A stretch of 64,000 bases of DNA, taken from Octopus sinensis (taxonomy: Eukaryota). A model generated the notes under the pieces. The model did not search any database, was not told the DNA's origin, and saw nothing but the letters and a program-made list of their open reading frames with translations. The translations under genes were made by a program, and so were the position numbers. Of this stretch, positions 1 to 15,129 are shown piece after piece (the first letter of the stretch is position 1; the number at the start of each line of letters is the position of its first letter). The DNA lies in NCBI RefSeq assembly GCF_006345805.1, contig NC_043015.1:52452001-52516000 (forward strand), written 5' to 3'.

Positions 1-190
1 TAAATATATATATATACATATGCATACGTATATAAATAATATAGATATACATACATGTATGCATGTATATGCATATATATATATGTGTGTGTATGTCTGT
101 GTATATATGCGAGAATATGCACGTATGCATGCAGTTTCATCCCCACGCACTACCGGCAATATTTTACGGGTTCCTAACGTGAATATTCCC

Positions 191-325
191 TTCTACTCTA
201 GACACAAGGCCCGAAATTTTTGCGGAAGAGACCAATCGATTATATCGAACCCAGTACGCAACTGGTACTTAATTTATCGATCCCAAAAGGATGAAAGGCA
301 AAGTCTACCTCGGCAGAATTTGTCC
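191..325 (-). mobile_element. SINE family A, 3' part
   Basis: CACAAGGCCCGAAATT...AAAGGATGAAAGGCAAAGTCTACCTCGGCAGAATTTG. Confidence 0.8.
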
Positions 326-2082
326 TGAAGGGAATAAATATTAACTGTATTATTCTCACCAGTTATATAGTGACTAGCAAATGTCTTTGGAATTGTTCCC
401 CAAATCTCTTACTATCTTATAAAGGAATTTCATAGATCAATACAGGAATTATGGGGAGGCACAGAGTTGATTTTCGTTATGCTTCCTGGAATCTAGCTCC
501 TACTTTGATAAAGAAGATACAAAGGTATATAAAATGAGCTCCCTAAACAACAATATAATGAGGTGTGTGTGTGTGAAATAAGTGAGTGAGTGAGAACAAA
601 GAGCTCTGTGATACAGAGGGGAATTAGAGAGGTACCATGATAAAGTAAGTAATGTGGATTAAGAATCAGTGACTGTGCTGAGAGTGACAGAAAAAAGATT
701 AAGTAATTATAAAATGATAAATAGACAGGAGAAAGATCCAGGAACTATGAAAGAGAGGTAGAGGGGCTAGTCAATAGGTGGCCAGCAGTTATGATATGCA
801 GTCAAGGAAAAGTAATTGACAGAAGGATAAACAGTGTAAGAGATGAGAGAGGGAAACAATACAGTGTTCATTCTATACTAAAGAATGAGAATTAGAGAGG
901 AGACTTGATAAAATAAAAGTGTAGAAAATGTGCAAATTATAAAGATAGAGGAAAGAAACTTGTGTATGATATTAAAGTGTGTGTGAATGTGTGTCTGTGC
1001 ATGTGTGTGTATGTTTGTCTACATATGTTGATAGGAGGATGCTAAAAAAAGACAAGAGGTGAGGTAGAGTTTGACAGAGAGGAAAAGTGGCAGGAAACTA
1101 AGAAACAATTGTAACGAATCATTAAAGATGTGTTAAAAATTTCCTTTGTCTCCTTCTTATCATTTCATGTATATGTATATATATATATATATACAGGGGG
1201 AAAGGAAGATAAGATATAAGGTTGTATAAGATTCAGAATAATGAGAGAGAGAGAGATAGTAAAGATGTAGAGTAGCCAAACAAATGAAGCCTTTCTCAGA
1301 CTGATCGATTTTCAAAATACAGAGAGGAGAAGAAGTAGTGAATTAGAGTCAATCTTCAAAGTCAATCCTAAAAGTAAATGCTTAAAATAAATCCTTAAAG
1401 TGAAGAGAAAGGCTACAAAACAACAACAACAACAACCAATGAAATAGAGGAAAGTCTTGAAATAATATATATATATGTGCATATACATATTAATGCATAT
1501 GTGACAGGCTCAGTAATTGCTGTGAAATTTTCTCTTTACATGAAAGCAATGGTAGCCTTGTTAATCCATAAATGAAGTATGCGTGTGTGTGCGTGTGTGT
1601 AGAATATATAATTAAATATATATATATATATGTATGTATAATGTTAATGCATTATATATATTCTATATATATATATATTATAGCATATACATAATATATA
1701 TACAATATTTAATTCATAATATACTGTATATAATGTAAACAACATATATAATGTACATAACAAATGCATATTATACACAAAGTATAAAATGTATATATAA
1801 TATACAGAGTACTTACATATACTAATATGTATATATAATGTACATAAAATATGCAATATATACAATATACATAATACATATTGATATATATAACATACAT
1901 ACATATACATACACACACAGACACACATATATATGATATCTATAATATACATATATTATGTATGTAACTTATGCAATATATATGATATATGTATACATAT
2001 ATATAATATACTAGTATATATATATATATAACATATATTATATATAATATTATATATATAATATATATATACATATGTATCA

Positions 2083-2133
<51 letters not shown>

Positions 2134-3079
2134 ACATATACATATGCATCAGTATATATATATAATATATATTATATTATATATAATATGCATATGTATC
2201 AGTATATATATATATATATATATGCATAGATACTACATATATATGAAGTGTATTATAATCATATTAATATTATATCTATATTATATTTTATTAATTTTCT
2301 ATGTAAAACAATGTCTCCATTAATTTACAGTAAGAGATAAATTAATACAAGATGACCTGAAACACAAGGCCACATCACATGGAGTGGAGCTCGGTCAGAC
2401 TTGATTCAAATCAACCTACACCACAACTTCACGGTTAAATTAGTTTATCTATCCTGGAATCAAGTATACACTAAATGTATTACCAGCTTATTTCTCAAAT
2501 GTCTCTTTTCTTTAGTTTTATAAAGTAACTTTCAGTCTTCTTATCTCTAAGTTTAATGCAGTCATGGACAAACTGCAGACCATCAGCCGTATGTGATCCA
2601 TGGGAATTTCTGAATGGAAGGCCTAACAAAAATTACCTTGAATTTTTTCTAGTAGTGTAGTCCACCTTATGCGGAGCCATGTCTCACATGGCTTGTTCCG
2701 ACTTCACAAAAAAAGGTTACAAGTGCCTAGTTAAGTATATCAGACTGAAAAATTTGATGTTCCTAATAATGATAAAAACAGTGAAAAAGAAAAAAAAGAA
2801 ACCTTTTCTATTAGAAATAATACAAAAAATAAAAAAATAAAATAATTCCATTCTGTCTGTTTAAAGACTGAATAATGAAACTATAAAATAAGTAATTAAA
2901 AAAATATTATATTCAATTTGGTTTGTCTGTAATTGGTTGTTTTCACCAAATCTATCATCATTTGATTTTTTTACTTTTTTCGAAAATCTTTTATACAGAA
3001 TTAATCAAGAAATTACACACACACATATAAAAGAAGATAGCAGTAATAATAATAATAATTAATTCGTTTATTTTAAATA

Positions 3080-3289
3080 AGGGCAGCTTAGGAGAGGTGG
3101 GATGAGTCGATTACATCAACCCCAGTGCATAACTGGTACTTATTTGATTGACCCTGAAAGGATGACAGGCAAAGTCGACCTCGGTGGGATTTGAACTCAG
3201 AACATAGCGATAAACAAAATACCACTAAGCATTTCACTAAGTGTGCTAACGATTCTGCTAGCTCGCCATCTTAAAGAATCATAGTAATG

Positions 3290-3333
<44 letters not shown>

Positions 3334-3548
3334 CCTTTTTATTATAGGCACAAGGCCAGAAATTTGGGGGAGGTGATGAGATGATTACATCGACACCAGT
3401 ACTCAACTGGTATTTAATTTATCAACCCCGAAAGGATGAAAGGTAAAGTCAACCTAGGCAGAATTTGAACTCAGAGCATAGTGATGGGCAAAATACCGCT
3501 AAGCATTTCACCTGGCATGCTAACAATTCTGCCAGGTCACCACCTTAT

Positions 3549-3603
<55 letters not shown>

Positions 3604-3951
3604 GTTATTTTATTGAGCCCCAAAAGGATGAAAGGCAAAGTCGACCTTGGAAATGAAGCTCAGAGCATAAAGGCAAATTTTGCATGGCACGCTAATAATT
3701 CCGCCAGCTCTCCACCTTAAAAATAATAATAATAATCTTTTCTATTATAGATACATAGTCTGAAATTTTGTGGGAAAGGGGTTAATTGATTACATCGACC
3801 CCAGCAGGAAAATGGTACTTAGTACATTGATCCTAAAAGGATGAAAGACAAAGTCCACCTCTGCGGCATTTGAACTCTGAAGATCAAGATGGAAGAAGTG
3901 TTGCTAAGCATACTCTCCAGTGCGCTAACGATTCTGAAAGCTTGCCGCCTT
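3080..3951 (-). mobile_element. Head-to-tail chain of four SINE family A copies separated by (ATT)n tails
   Basis: Copies at about 3080-3272, 3334-3546, 3609-3718 and 3737-3951 share AAAGGATGAAAGGCAAAGTCGACCT...TTTGAACTC. Confidence 0.85.
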
Positions 3952-4933
3952 AATAATATTAATATTAATATTAATGAGATAGGTTTAATAAACAAGAGAC
4001 AGGAAGAAAAGTAGACAGAGAAAAACAAATGTCAAAATAAAGTTGGAGAAAAAAAAAATGGAAGAAAAGCAGAAGATAAGGCAGACATATTGAAATTTTC
4101 TGGGTTTTTTTTTGTTTTTTTACAAAAAATATACACAAAGTAAAATTAAAGATGTAATTTATTCCTGATTTATTTAAATTTTGTTTGTTTTGTTTTCATT
4201 TTGTATTTTACTGATTCTTTTTTTTTTTGTTGTTAGCCATCATAGTAAAGACACAAGAATGGAGAAAGAGAGAGAGAGATAGAGAGAGGGAGAGAGAGAG
4301 AGAGTAACATGGAGTGTGACAAAGAGAGAAGACAGTGAAGATTTACATGTTTTATTTTTACATTAAAGAGAAAAATAGTTTGAGGGTATTTTGAATAAGT
4401 GATGTTCATGCATTTTCCTCACAATTGCCAGAAGTTGTTAAATATAGCTGAGAGATTAAGTTTAGAAAGGAAACAAAATGGTGAAACCATCAATGAAGAA
4501 CTGGAACCAATAATTACAGAAATTCAATTCCCAAAGGAATCTTACCTCTTGCTTAGCATTCCTCCCCAATGATGGCAGAAGACAGTAAAACAATAATATA
4601 TTCTAGGGGTATGAAATAAAGGAGGATTTCTGAGTGAGAGGAAAGAGCTGAATTAGAGAAAGGATAGAAGAAAACAAACACTATTAAAGGAATAGGAGGA
4701 ATATGTGTGCTACTGTTTCCTGAGGAGAACTTCCAGAAATATGGTGTGAGCATACATATACATATATAAATACAAACATACATACATATACGCATGTATC
4801 TGTATATTAATTGAAGTTTACAGTATAATATATCCATTATAGCTGATCTTATCAATTAGTTTCACACTAAGGGTTCAACAGTGTTAGATAACAGTCCGAT
4901 TATATAACCCTGTGCTCATCAGAGGTAGCCATA

Positions 4934-4986
<53 letters not shown>

Positions 4987-5566
4987 ATAAATTTATGTGT
5001 AAATACACACACACACATGTATATATGAATTTATGTAAAAATATATACATACATATATATATATACACACATGTATATATAAATTTATGTAAAAATATAT
5101 ACATACATATATATATATACACACATATATATATACACATATATACGTATATGTAAATATACATATATATAAATATATAGACACTTATATATAGACACAC
5201 ATATATATATATATACATATACATAAATATGTATATACATACACACATATATATACATAATTATATATATGTACTTTTACATACACACTATATAGATATA
5301 CATATCATCATCATCATCTATATATATATATGTATGTATACATATATATACATATACACACACGTGCACATATATATATGTATATATATATATATTATAT
5401 ATATATATATATATATAAACACACAATGTTATAGGAAGCTTATTACTCCACAGTATACACTTCTGTAAGGCTTTGTCAGTGGAAGAGCTCCACATGTATC
5501 TGTGTAAATTATTTGGCATGTGAATCTATACTATAAGTATTGTTAAATAAACATCATATATACATA

Positions 5567-5662
<96 letters not shown>

Positions 5663-6068
5663 GATAGATAGATAGATAGAAAGATAGACAGAGAGGAATT
5701 TATGTGGTGTTTATATAGAAATGTATATTGTGTGCATGTGTATTTATAACTGGGAGTTAATGTTTAATAAAACAGTAAAGGCTTTTAAGGATACATTTGG
5801 AGAACCCGTCATTGAGACTTAAAGAGTATGCTCTCTCGGGGTGATGTATTCTGATTCCATCTCTTCTCACCCTTTTTTCCACCTGACCATTCCATCTTTG
5901 AGTATCAGACACCATTTTTAGCAAACTTTTTTAAAGGCTTGAAAACGTGTCCTTACATATATATGTATATATATATATACATATATGTACGTATGTTTGT
6001 GTGTGTATATGTATATAGGTGTCTGTGTGCATATATATATAAGTGCGTGTGTGTGTATATATGAAAGC

Positions 6069-6100
<32 letters not shown>

Positions 6101-6211
6101 AAATATACACAAGTTCAGACACCCCACAACTATGTATATGTATGCATATGTATGTATATATAAGTTATATATGTATGTGTGTGCGTGTATATATATATAG
6201 ATATATACATA

Positions 6212-6329
6212 TCTTTTATCTTTTACTTGTTTCAGTCATTGGACTGTGGCCATGCTGGAGCACCACCTTGAATTTTTAGTCGAATGAATCACCCTCAGTA
6301 CTTATGTTTGAAGCCTGATACTTATTCTA
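6212..6329 (-). mobile_element. SINE 3' fragment (..GGTGCTCCAGCATGGCCACAGTC..ACTGAAACAAGTAAAAG)
   Basis: Recalled as a common octopus repeat tail; only one clear copy here. Confidence 0.5.
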
Positions 6330-6336
6330 AATATTA

Positions 6337-6398
<62 letters not shown>

Positions 6399-6443
6399 CA
6401 TATATATATTATATATATATGCACACATATGTACATAACTTAC

Positions 6444-6876
6444 ATAGGTTCCTTGCTATTTTGGTTCCATGGCACCACTTGGAGATGCTTTTTAAATCAT
6501 ATTTTATGACACTGTATCCTGCTCTAGAATGGAGTTGTTGTTGGCCAAAATATATCTTGGAGTTTGGTTGGCTTGTCTGGAATTTGTCTAGGTACCATTT
6601 AAATGTATGAAATATTTTCATTGATTTCTCGCAGGATAATTTTGAGTAAATTAGGACTGTTTGACATAAACGCACGTTGCAATATTATGTGCTGTAAGTT
6701 CAATTCTTAAAAGGGGTGTATGGTGCAAGGACCTAGTCTTGGGTGATTTGATAATTTGATGCCACCATCATTTGATCAATACTTCCAAATTGTAAAAATA
6801 GTATAATGCACCTGCTGGATTTGGAGAGAATAGAATTCAAGATCTTTGAAATCAGCCCAATAATCATCTGAGCTGA
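6444..6876 (-). mobile_element. CR1/L2-type LINE ORF2 C-terminal fossil
   Basis: DYWADFKDLEFYSLQIQQVHYTIFTIWK (cf. YWERLK.L.LYSLERRRERY.IIY.WK) and FKWYLDKF/IPDKPT (cf. FK.KLD.FL..IPDEP), split by a frameshift. Confidence 0.65.
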
Positions 6877-6880
6877 TTAA

Positions 6881-7093
6881 CTCTTTAACATTTGAACTGG
6901 CCATATTCAGCCGAAATATTCTACTTGATTTATGTTTAAACTGGCCACTCTGGCCTCGCACACCTACCTTATAAATGTCATTCTAAAAATAAACTATCAA
7001 TCATCAAAATCTTGAAGCCACAAGATAATGCATTATTAATTCAAAACAATATGAAGAAACAATGATTTGATTTGACAAAATAATCTGAATACT
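6881..7093. mobile_element. piggyBac-like MITE (right end truncated)
   Basis: Starts TTAA|CTCTTTAACATT and ends ..TAATCTGAATACT. Same family as 51137-51353. Confidence 0.55.
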
Positions 7094-7131
7094 GGTGGGG
7101 GATCAAGTTCTTGTAATGTCTTGTCTTGTAG

Positions 7132-7511
7132 ATGGAAACCACAGCAAATAGTAGTATTCAAGGTGAGACCAACACTGAAGGATGATGGCATCAGGATCTT
7201 TCTCTCTCTCTCTCTTGCTCTTTCTTTATATATGTATATATATATTTATGAAAATTTAGCAGAAGTTACAGAGTGAGTCAAGATCCAAGAGTTTTGTGCA
7301 TTGGCACTTAATAAAGTAGTCACAAACCTTCAGCCTGTGAGTTTATAGAGCTAAACTTAGAAGCCATCGACCTGTGGCTACTTTGATTAATGCCAACACA
7401 TGAAACTATCAGGCATTGAGTCAACTGATTACTTCTGCTGCTAAACTTTCATTAAAAAATACATATACTCATTTTTTGAATTCTATTTTTCCTGTTTCCA
7501 CCAACATACCT

Positions 7512-7581
<70 letters not shown>

Positions 7582-7928
7582 TAAACAGATATATAGGTTT
7601 GCCAGATAAAATGTGTTCGTCTTTTTCTCCATTTATTCTGATCCTTTCCAATATTATTTGAATTACCGGAAAAAAATATTTTAATATTTCAATTGTAGAG
7701 TTTTAAAGCATCTTTTTTCTTTCCTTTCGTAACACTGTTCTTCTGCAACAGCTACTGCTTATTTTTTTTAAAATTTAAATATAATTATACCATTTTCAGA
7801 CATTAGATGATTGAAAACAATTAAAAATATATAAAAAGAAATAAAAAGCGAACAAGTTTATCTGACAACATAATATATCAAACATACATACATATACATA
7901 CATACATATATATATGTGTATGAGTATG

Positions 7929-7974
<46 letters not shown>

Positions 7975-10134
7975 CACAAAGATATCTACACATATGCCAG
8001 TATGCCATTTGTATAAACACACACACACACACATGGTTTCTATATTTCTATAAGACTAATACTAATCAAATTTAGAGTACTCTACTAAATTGATGAAGAG
8101 ACTATATATATCTAAAGTTATAAAATACAGTGGAACTCACTACTCTGAGCTTTTGGATGGGAAAATTTATCAGAAAAATTTAAAATCTTTTTTTGTGTTT
8201 ACATACATATGCACACACACACACATATGTATATCTATCTATCTATCTATCTATATCTATCTACCTATCTATCTATCTATAGATAGGTGTATAGGTAGAT
8301 ATACCTCTAAAAGTTCAAGAGATATATGACTATTTTTAGTCATGCTAATACCACACAAAAGAACAATTTTGGTTGAATTTATACTATACTCAGATGATAT
8401 CCATCCAACAGTTAAATTTGACCCTGATGAAGCAGGACTGGTAATTAGCACCAAGATGCACAATTTGCAGTGTGCATCAGCTTGCAGCAGAAATGTGCAT
8501 GTGTTGTAACAAAGACAGACGTGACTAACTATATAAGAAAACTTGGTGAGTCAACAAGGCTACCACTGGTTTCATGCAGAGAGAAATTTCCCAGCAATGA
8601 CCAAGCCTTCCATCTTGAAGAAGAAGAATGCCTTCAAGATGCAGACAAGAATGAACATCCATGAGACAGGTTTGAGAATTGCTTAGAAATTTCTCTGCGT
8701 ATGAAACCAATGGTAGCCTTGTTAACCCACAAATATAATGTGTATATATATATGCATATGTGTGTGTGTGTATGTATGTATGTCATGTACAGTTGCCAGT
8801 CTATTTAGCCAAAACATCACAAGTGAATGTGATAACAGAACACACACAAGCCTATAAATGTATTTCTGTTATTTTCATTGCACGAAATAAGTCATTCTTT
8901 TCATTGCAACGAGGGAAGTAAAAGAGAAGAGTATCTGATAAGGAGACTCCTATAAGAATAAGACACAAGGAGAAGGGAGAGGAGAAAAGGATGTATGGAC
9001 GAAATTCCTTGCATAATAAAATAACTACATATAATACAAACACACACATATATATATACACACACACATATATACATACATATAAAATTAGTCAGTTGTC
9101 CTTAAGTGTGATAAAAAGAGCACTCTAAAGGGAAAATTTTAGCAGTTATATATCATGGGATATAGCCAGACAGAAAGTTACTATCAATTTCATGCCTATT
9201 ATTGCACTAGGTTATACAGGCAACATATAAGACCTCCTGACCAGAGGTACATAACTTCCTTACTAATGAAGGTAAATACTGACCAAGGCTGTATTTTTAC
9301 CTCTATTAGAAAGAAGTTTTGTGCCTCTTGGCCAGCAGCTTTGATGAGTTGTCTATATTGTAAGTGCGATAGTTGGTGTGAAAACATTTGTGACTGGCCA
9401 TAACCAAGGATGTACTATTCAACTACATAATATATATATATATATATTGGTGATGCCCTTTCAGTGTACCAATGTACAACTAGCCAGAACATGTCGAGGA
9501 TATCTCAGTATGTGTAGTAGGATATTTTTCTACCCCAAGCACCTGAAGTGACGGAGCCTGCATTGATTGATGTAATGCAATTAGATGCACAATATCCACT
9601 GGGACAGATTCAGGATGTATCAAAATACATTGTCGTGCGGAATAAAGATTCGTTCTAAATCCATCTTCTGCTTCTTTTTTCAACTATAAACTCAACAAAC
9701 ACTGAGGATTTCCTGATGTAGATCCATCGAAAATTATATCGTTATTGTAGATGACATTAGGTAGCCCAAATGGTGAATATGCTTTGATCGGCATATCAAT
9801 AGGCAAATACCCAAAGTCCAAGTAGTTACATACATACATACACACACACATATATATATATGCATCATCATCATCATTGTTTAACAGGAGTCAGCCAGGT
9901 AGAAGCCTGCATTTTGACAGGATTTTGACAACTGGATGCCTTTCCTAGCACCAACCATTGAACTGGTGAAGTCAGTTTTGGCAAGGTTTTTATCGCTGGA
10001 TGCCCTTCCAAATGTCACTTTACTGTGTGAACTGGATGCTTTTTAAGTAGCACCAGCACTGACAGGGTCACCAAGTACCTTGCAAGACAAAAAGATCTTT
10101 TGAGAGGGATATATACATATAGATATATATATAA

Positions 10135-10177
<43 letters not shown>

Positions 10178-11250
10178 ATACATGGCACTGTGTATACTTC
10201 TATTGAATGCTTACAAGTTAATGGAGGTGTTCTACCACATTATGGAATGAAAATATCGGAGATCCCTGTTGTTCAAGGTTGAAGATACAGTTGTTTGATC
10301 CACTGAATGACCCGCTCCTAAATTAAGTGGTTGAGTATTCTTCAGACGTGTCCCCTTAATGTAATTCTCAGGCACAATCAGTGTGACTCAGTGAGTTACA
10401 AGGCTATACAACCCACTTGACAGGATTCCTACAGTTTCTATCTCTGCAATTTCATTCACAATGTATATAGTTTGGTGTGAGTCAACAGAAAGTGGCATTT
10501 GCCCAAGATGTTATGAAGAGAATTCAAACCTAGGCCCTTGTGCCTGTAGAGCAAGAATCATAACCGTGCAGCCATATGCACATATAAGAATAAAAATAGA
10601 AAACCCTACTCAAAGATTCTTTTCACACACGCTCACATAGATTGAGGAAATAATTATAATCTTGGCTGTTGCTTCATTAGCACATCATACAGGATCCTCA
10701 TTAGCACAGCATTCCAGAATCAAAAGGAGATCTGTAAAATTTTGACTAATATTGCTGGGAGCACTATGTCACTCCAAGATAAGATCCAGAAGGCTTAATA
10801 TAAGCCCCGCAGAGTGAATAATAAAAGCAAAAATTCAAATTAGGAAAGGAGAAGTCAAACTGACATTACAAGTGTTTCCTTAAACAGACGACATCATTTA
10901 TTCCATATCTCATACAGTGTTATGTAGTTCATACAATGTTGTGTAACATGTACCAAAATATATGAAAATATGTAATAGTAATCCTATAGTCAGTCCATTT
11001 CCTCAGCTGTTGTAATTTTATTTTATTGGTCAATTGTGCCTTGAAATCATGACATCTGAGGAAGCGAATGGACAATAGGATTATTATTACATATTTCCAT
11101 ATATCATGGCATGTGTGTTTTAGTCTTCACAGCAACTGGCTATTGCCATACATGAATACTATCTTCAAAAAGTAACAATTTCATCATATATATATATATG
11201 TGTGCGTGTGTGTGTGTGTATGTGTGAGTGTATATATATATATATATATA

Positions 11251-11284
<34 letters not shown>

Positions 11285-11304
11285 CATGTATGATATTGTA
11301 GATA

Positions 11305-11361
<57 letters not shown>

Positions 11362-11878
11362 ACATATACATATATATAATGTATATATAATCATATATAT
11401 ATATATACATATAATACATATATATATATATAATACATATATATAATACATATATATATATACATACATATATAATACATATATATATACATATATAATA
11501 CATGTAAAAATACAAATATAATACATATATATATAATACATATATATATTATATACATATAATATATATATGTATTATGTATTGTATATATGTATTATGT
11601 ATTGTATATATGTATTATATATGTATATAATACATATACACATATATATATTATTTATATATTTATTATATATATAATATATTATGTTATATATATATAT
11701 ATATTATACATGTATATGTGATTACATTGATGAGCTTTTATATATTAGCCACATCACTCCCTTTTCTTTTAATTCTGTTTTAACTAGTTTTAAAACTGAG
11801 CAGTTAAGGGATGACGATGATGAGGAAGGGAAACGAAGAGCAATTAAGTCAACATCATTAATATCATTACATATGTGA
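7132..11878 (+). CDS. Candidate four-exon chain of an unidentified protein (7132-7162, 8394-8440, 11133-11170, 11788-11878)
   Basis: Plausible AG/GT sites and consistent phases give [68 protein letters not shown]. No family recognised; may be chance. Confidence 0.33.
8542..8733. mobile_element. Foldback/MITE with about 57-bp imperfect TIRs
   Basis: 8542-8598 is roughly 80% identical to the reverse complement of 8678-8733. A solo arm occurs at about 1501-1575. Confidence 0.6.
9150..9830 (-). mobile_element. RTE-type LINE fossil
   Basis: [21 protein letters not shown] resembles LPLL.TKGLSLRVKGRLYDACV. Heavily decayed. Confidence 0.45.
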
Positions 11879-12736
11879 CTTCGTATCAACACAGCAGCTG
11901 GCTGACTCTTCTTTCTAGCAAAGGAAGTCATTCTTTGTGTTCCTTGTGTGGCTAGTTGTTAGTTTGTTGTCTCATGGGGTGGGTCACACCTTCAATGATT
12001 TTCCCCTCATGATTTAATATTTTGTTTTATTAATTAATATTTGTGTAAACAACAAATATCAATTATATTTACAAGACACATTGATAGCTCATGGTTGACC
12101 CTAGAACCGTCGAGTAATAATTTATAGACTGATAGGCATTGGAAGGTGAGTGGTGAGGGCCATGTGGGACGAGGCAAAGAATGAGGACAGGATCAAGAAA
12201 AGTCAATATTGGTAAAATTTTAGTTTCTTTTAGATTTGCTTTTTTCTGTATGTTTATATTTGTTTCTCATTTTTTTTTATAGGGGGATTTTTTTTTCTTG
12301 GAGAAGGAAACAAGAAAAAAAATCGACAAAATTTTTTTAGATTTTTTTTTGTATAATTCTCCTAAAGAGTATTCAACCGAAGATGACAGACAATCATTTA
12401 TATAAAGTTGGGAATCAGTGGTGGGTGGGTAATTCAGGGTATATATAAGGTTATCACCATGGTAGTCGGAGTATTTGGAGACGGAGGGGGATGAAGTTGT
12501 TTTTGTTGCACCTTGTGGGGGTAAAAATGAAAAAGAGCAAAGGCATTTAAGGTGGAGGGGTGGGGGAAGATAAATATCAGAAAATGGGAGACAAATAATT
12601 TCATGTAGTGAGACTGTATATAAATAATATATCACCTGATATCATCATCATCATAATCATCATCGTCGTTGTTATCATTGTGGCAAAGATTATTAGATAT
12701 TTTTGTTTTGTATGATATGATTTTGTCATGTTTTTC

Positions 12737-12777
<41 letters not shown>

Positions 12778-13218
12778 TATATACATATTATATATATATA
12801 TACATATATATATATACATATTATATATATATATACATATTATTATATATACATATTATATATATATACATATTATATATACATATTATATATATATATA
12901 TATATATTTACTGTATTTTTAAATCTTGTCTTCACACACAAATTTATATCTGGAAGGCTTTTTGAGTTATGTGTGTGTGTTTGTGTGTGTGTTGCTGTTG
13001 TTGTGTAAGTGTGTTTGTATGTGTGTAGTGGTGTGAGTATTTGTGTATTGTGTGAGTATGCAAGTCAGGTTACTGAGATTAGATATATGTATAGTTAGTG
13101 TTCAAAATTTGGGGATGGAGGGCAGGTAACTTTTAAGCAACGATACAAATAGAAAAGAACCCTAACAACTCTTATTTGTTGCGTAAGGGTTGCGTTAAAT
13201 CAAATGATAGATAATATG

Positions 13219-13264
<46 letters not shown>

Positions 13265-13994
13265 CAGACAGAGAAGGAGAGAGAAGTATGGGAGTGAGAT
13301 AAGGAGAGAGATAGGGGAATGAGAGAGAGAGAGAGAGAAGAACAGAGGTAAAAGTTGAGAGAAATACATAAAAACAAGAAAGACATGCGAAAAGGGGATT
13401 TTAAGACGTAGTGTGCTGGTAGTTATTTGTTTGTTTGGATTTTATAAATAAAAATCTATATAGCTCTACCCCACCCCTCCAAATGATCATGATTAAAATA
13501 TGAACAAATAAATAAATGGTTAAGTCGAGGTATGTCAAAACGGAAAAAAAATTTTTTAATTGTTGAAAGATTCATTTTAATTAATATTATTATTAATATT
13601 ACTGATGATGATAATATTTATTATTATTGTTATTCTTATTTTTGTGTTCCACCATACTTCAAAGAGGAAAAAAAAAACACGGAAAGACAAAGACTAACAT
13701 ACAACAGGTTCTATTGATAAATATTTTTTCTCTTAGTCTTAAGAGGCCTTCTTTAAGATAAAAGTTTTTCTTTACAAGAAATTTGTGTTTTCCACACTTT
13801 TTTCGCTAGCAGTTTGTTGTTTTTTGTTAGTAGTTGTATTTAATTATTCATATTTTGTGGGTGTTGTTTGGTGTTGTAGGGAGGGGGTGGGTGGTGGTGG
13901 CATTTTCTTTAAAAAAATTTTTTTTGTCATTTTACGAAGAAAGGAAAGAAACATAGGGCTGACAATTAAATAAAAATGGTAGATTTAAAAGTAA

Positions 13995-14003
13995 TCAGTA
14001 ACT

Positions 14004-14059
<56 letters not shown>

Positions 14060-14116
14060 TAGATAGATAGATAGATAGACAGATATAGATAGATATATAG
14101 ATATAGATAGATATAG

Positions 14117-14180
<64 letters not shown>
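13995..14180. repeat. (GATA)n tetranucleotide microsatellite
   Basis: Visible tandem array. The window also has dozens of (TA)n, (CA)n, (GA)n, (AAT)n and (CAT)n tracts. Confidence 0.95.
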
Positions 14181-14182
<2 letters not shown>

Positions 14183-15096
14183 CTAGATGTGCAATTGAGA
14201 AAAAAAACAAAATTTATGAGAGCAAAGCTAGACTGATTTAGGGCAGATAAAAAAGGAGAGAGGAAGGGACACAGAGAGGTGGGGGAGGAATAAATAAGGA
14301 AAAGACACAAGAAATTCGAATTAAAACAAAAAAAAACTACCTAAAGAATTGCTTCACCACACGAGAAGAAGTGGTTGGATTTAATTAGGGAAAGACAGAA
14401 AATGAAGAGGATTAGTTTAAAGTTATTTTTTAAAAAGAAATTTTATATTGAGCAAAACAAAAAGAAAAAGAATGAATGTATTGGATACAAAAAAAATATT
14501 TTAAAAACATCAAATGAAATTATAATGTGGTGTCTCTGAGGTTCAAACTGTAAAAAATATCTGAAAAGAGCTAAATGCTATTCTAAACTGCATCTGGTGA
14601 AGTTACACAATAATATTAAATATATATATATATTGGTATATAGTAGGCGCTGTATACTACAGATATGTTATATACATATAGTATGTAGTATACTAAATAA
14701 TTATCATAAAAATAGGGATCAAAATATATATTATACATATATAATATGTACACAATATACAGAAATATGTACATAGGCATACATGTCAATGTATGCGCAT
14801 ATATATATCGACACACAAGAACACATTTATGAGTACACATATATTTACCTGTGTGACAAGTTTACATACATATATATATACACACATAAATATGTACAGA
14901 TACATATGTAGATAGACAGACAGACAGATAAAACAGATACAGTATATATATATATATATACATACATATATATATGTGTGTGTATATATATATATATATA
15001 TATGCATACATACACACAAGTTATATATATATTTCATGGACTGAGAAGTTCAAAATGAGCCATGGCGAATTATATATATATAATATATATATATAT

Positions 15097-15129
<33 letters not shown>

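Noticed and set aside
6635-6693. Plus-strand exon-like segment with strong AG and GTAAGT
   Set aside because: Lies antisense within the CR1/L2 fossil, so the splice-like sites are probably incidental.
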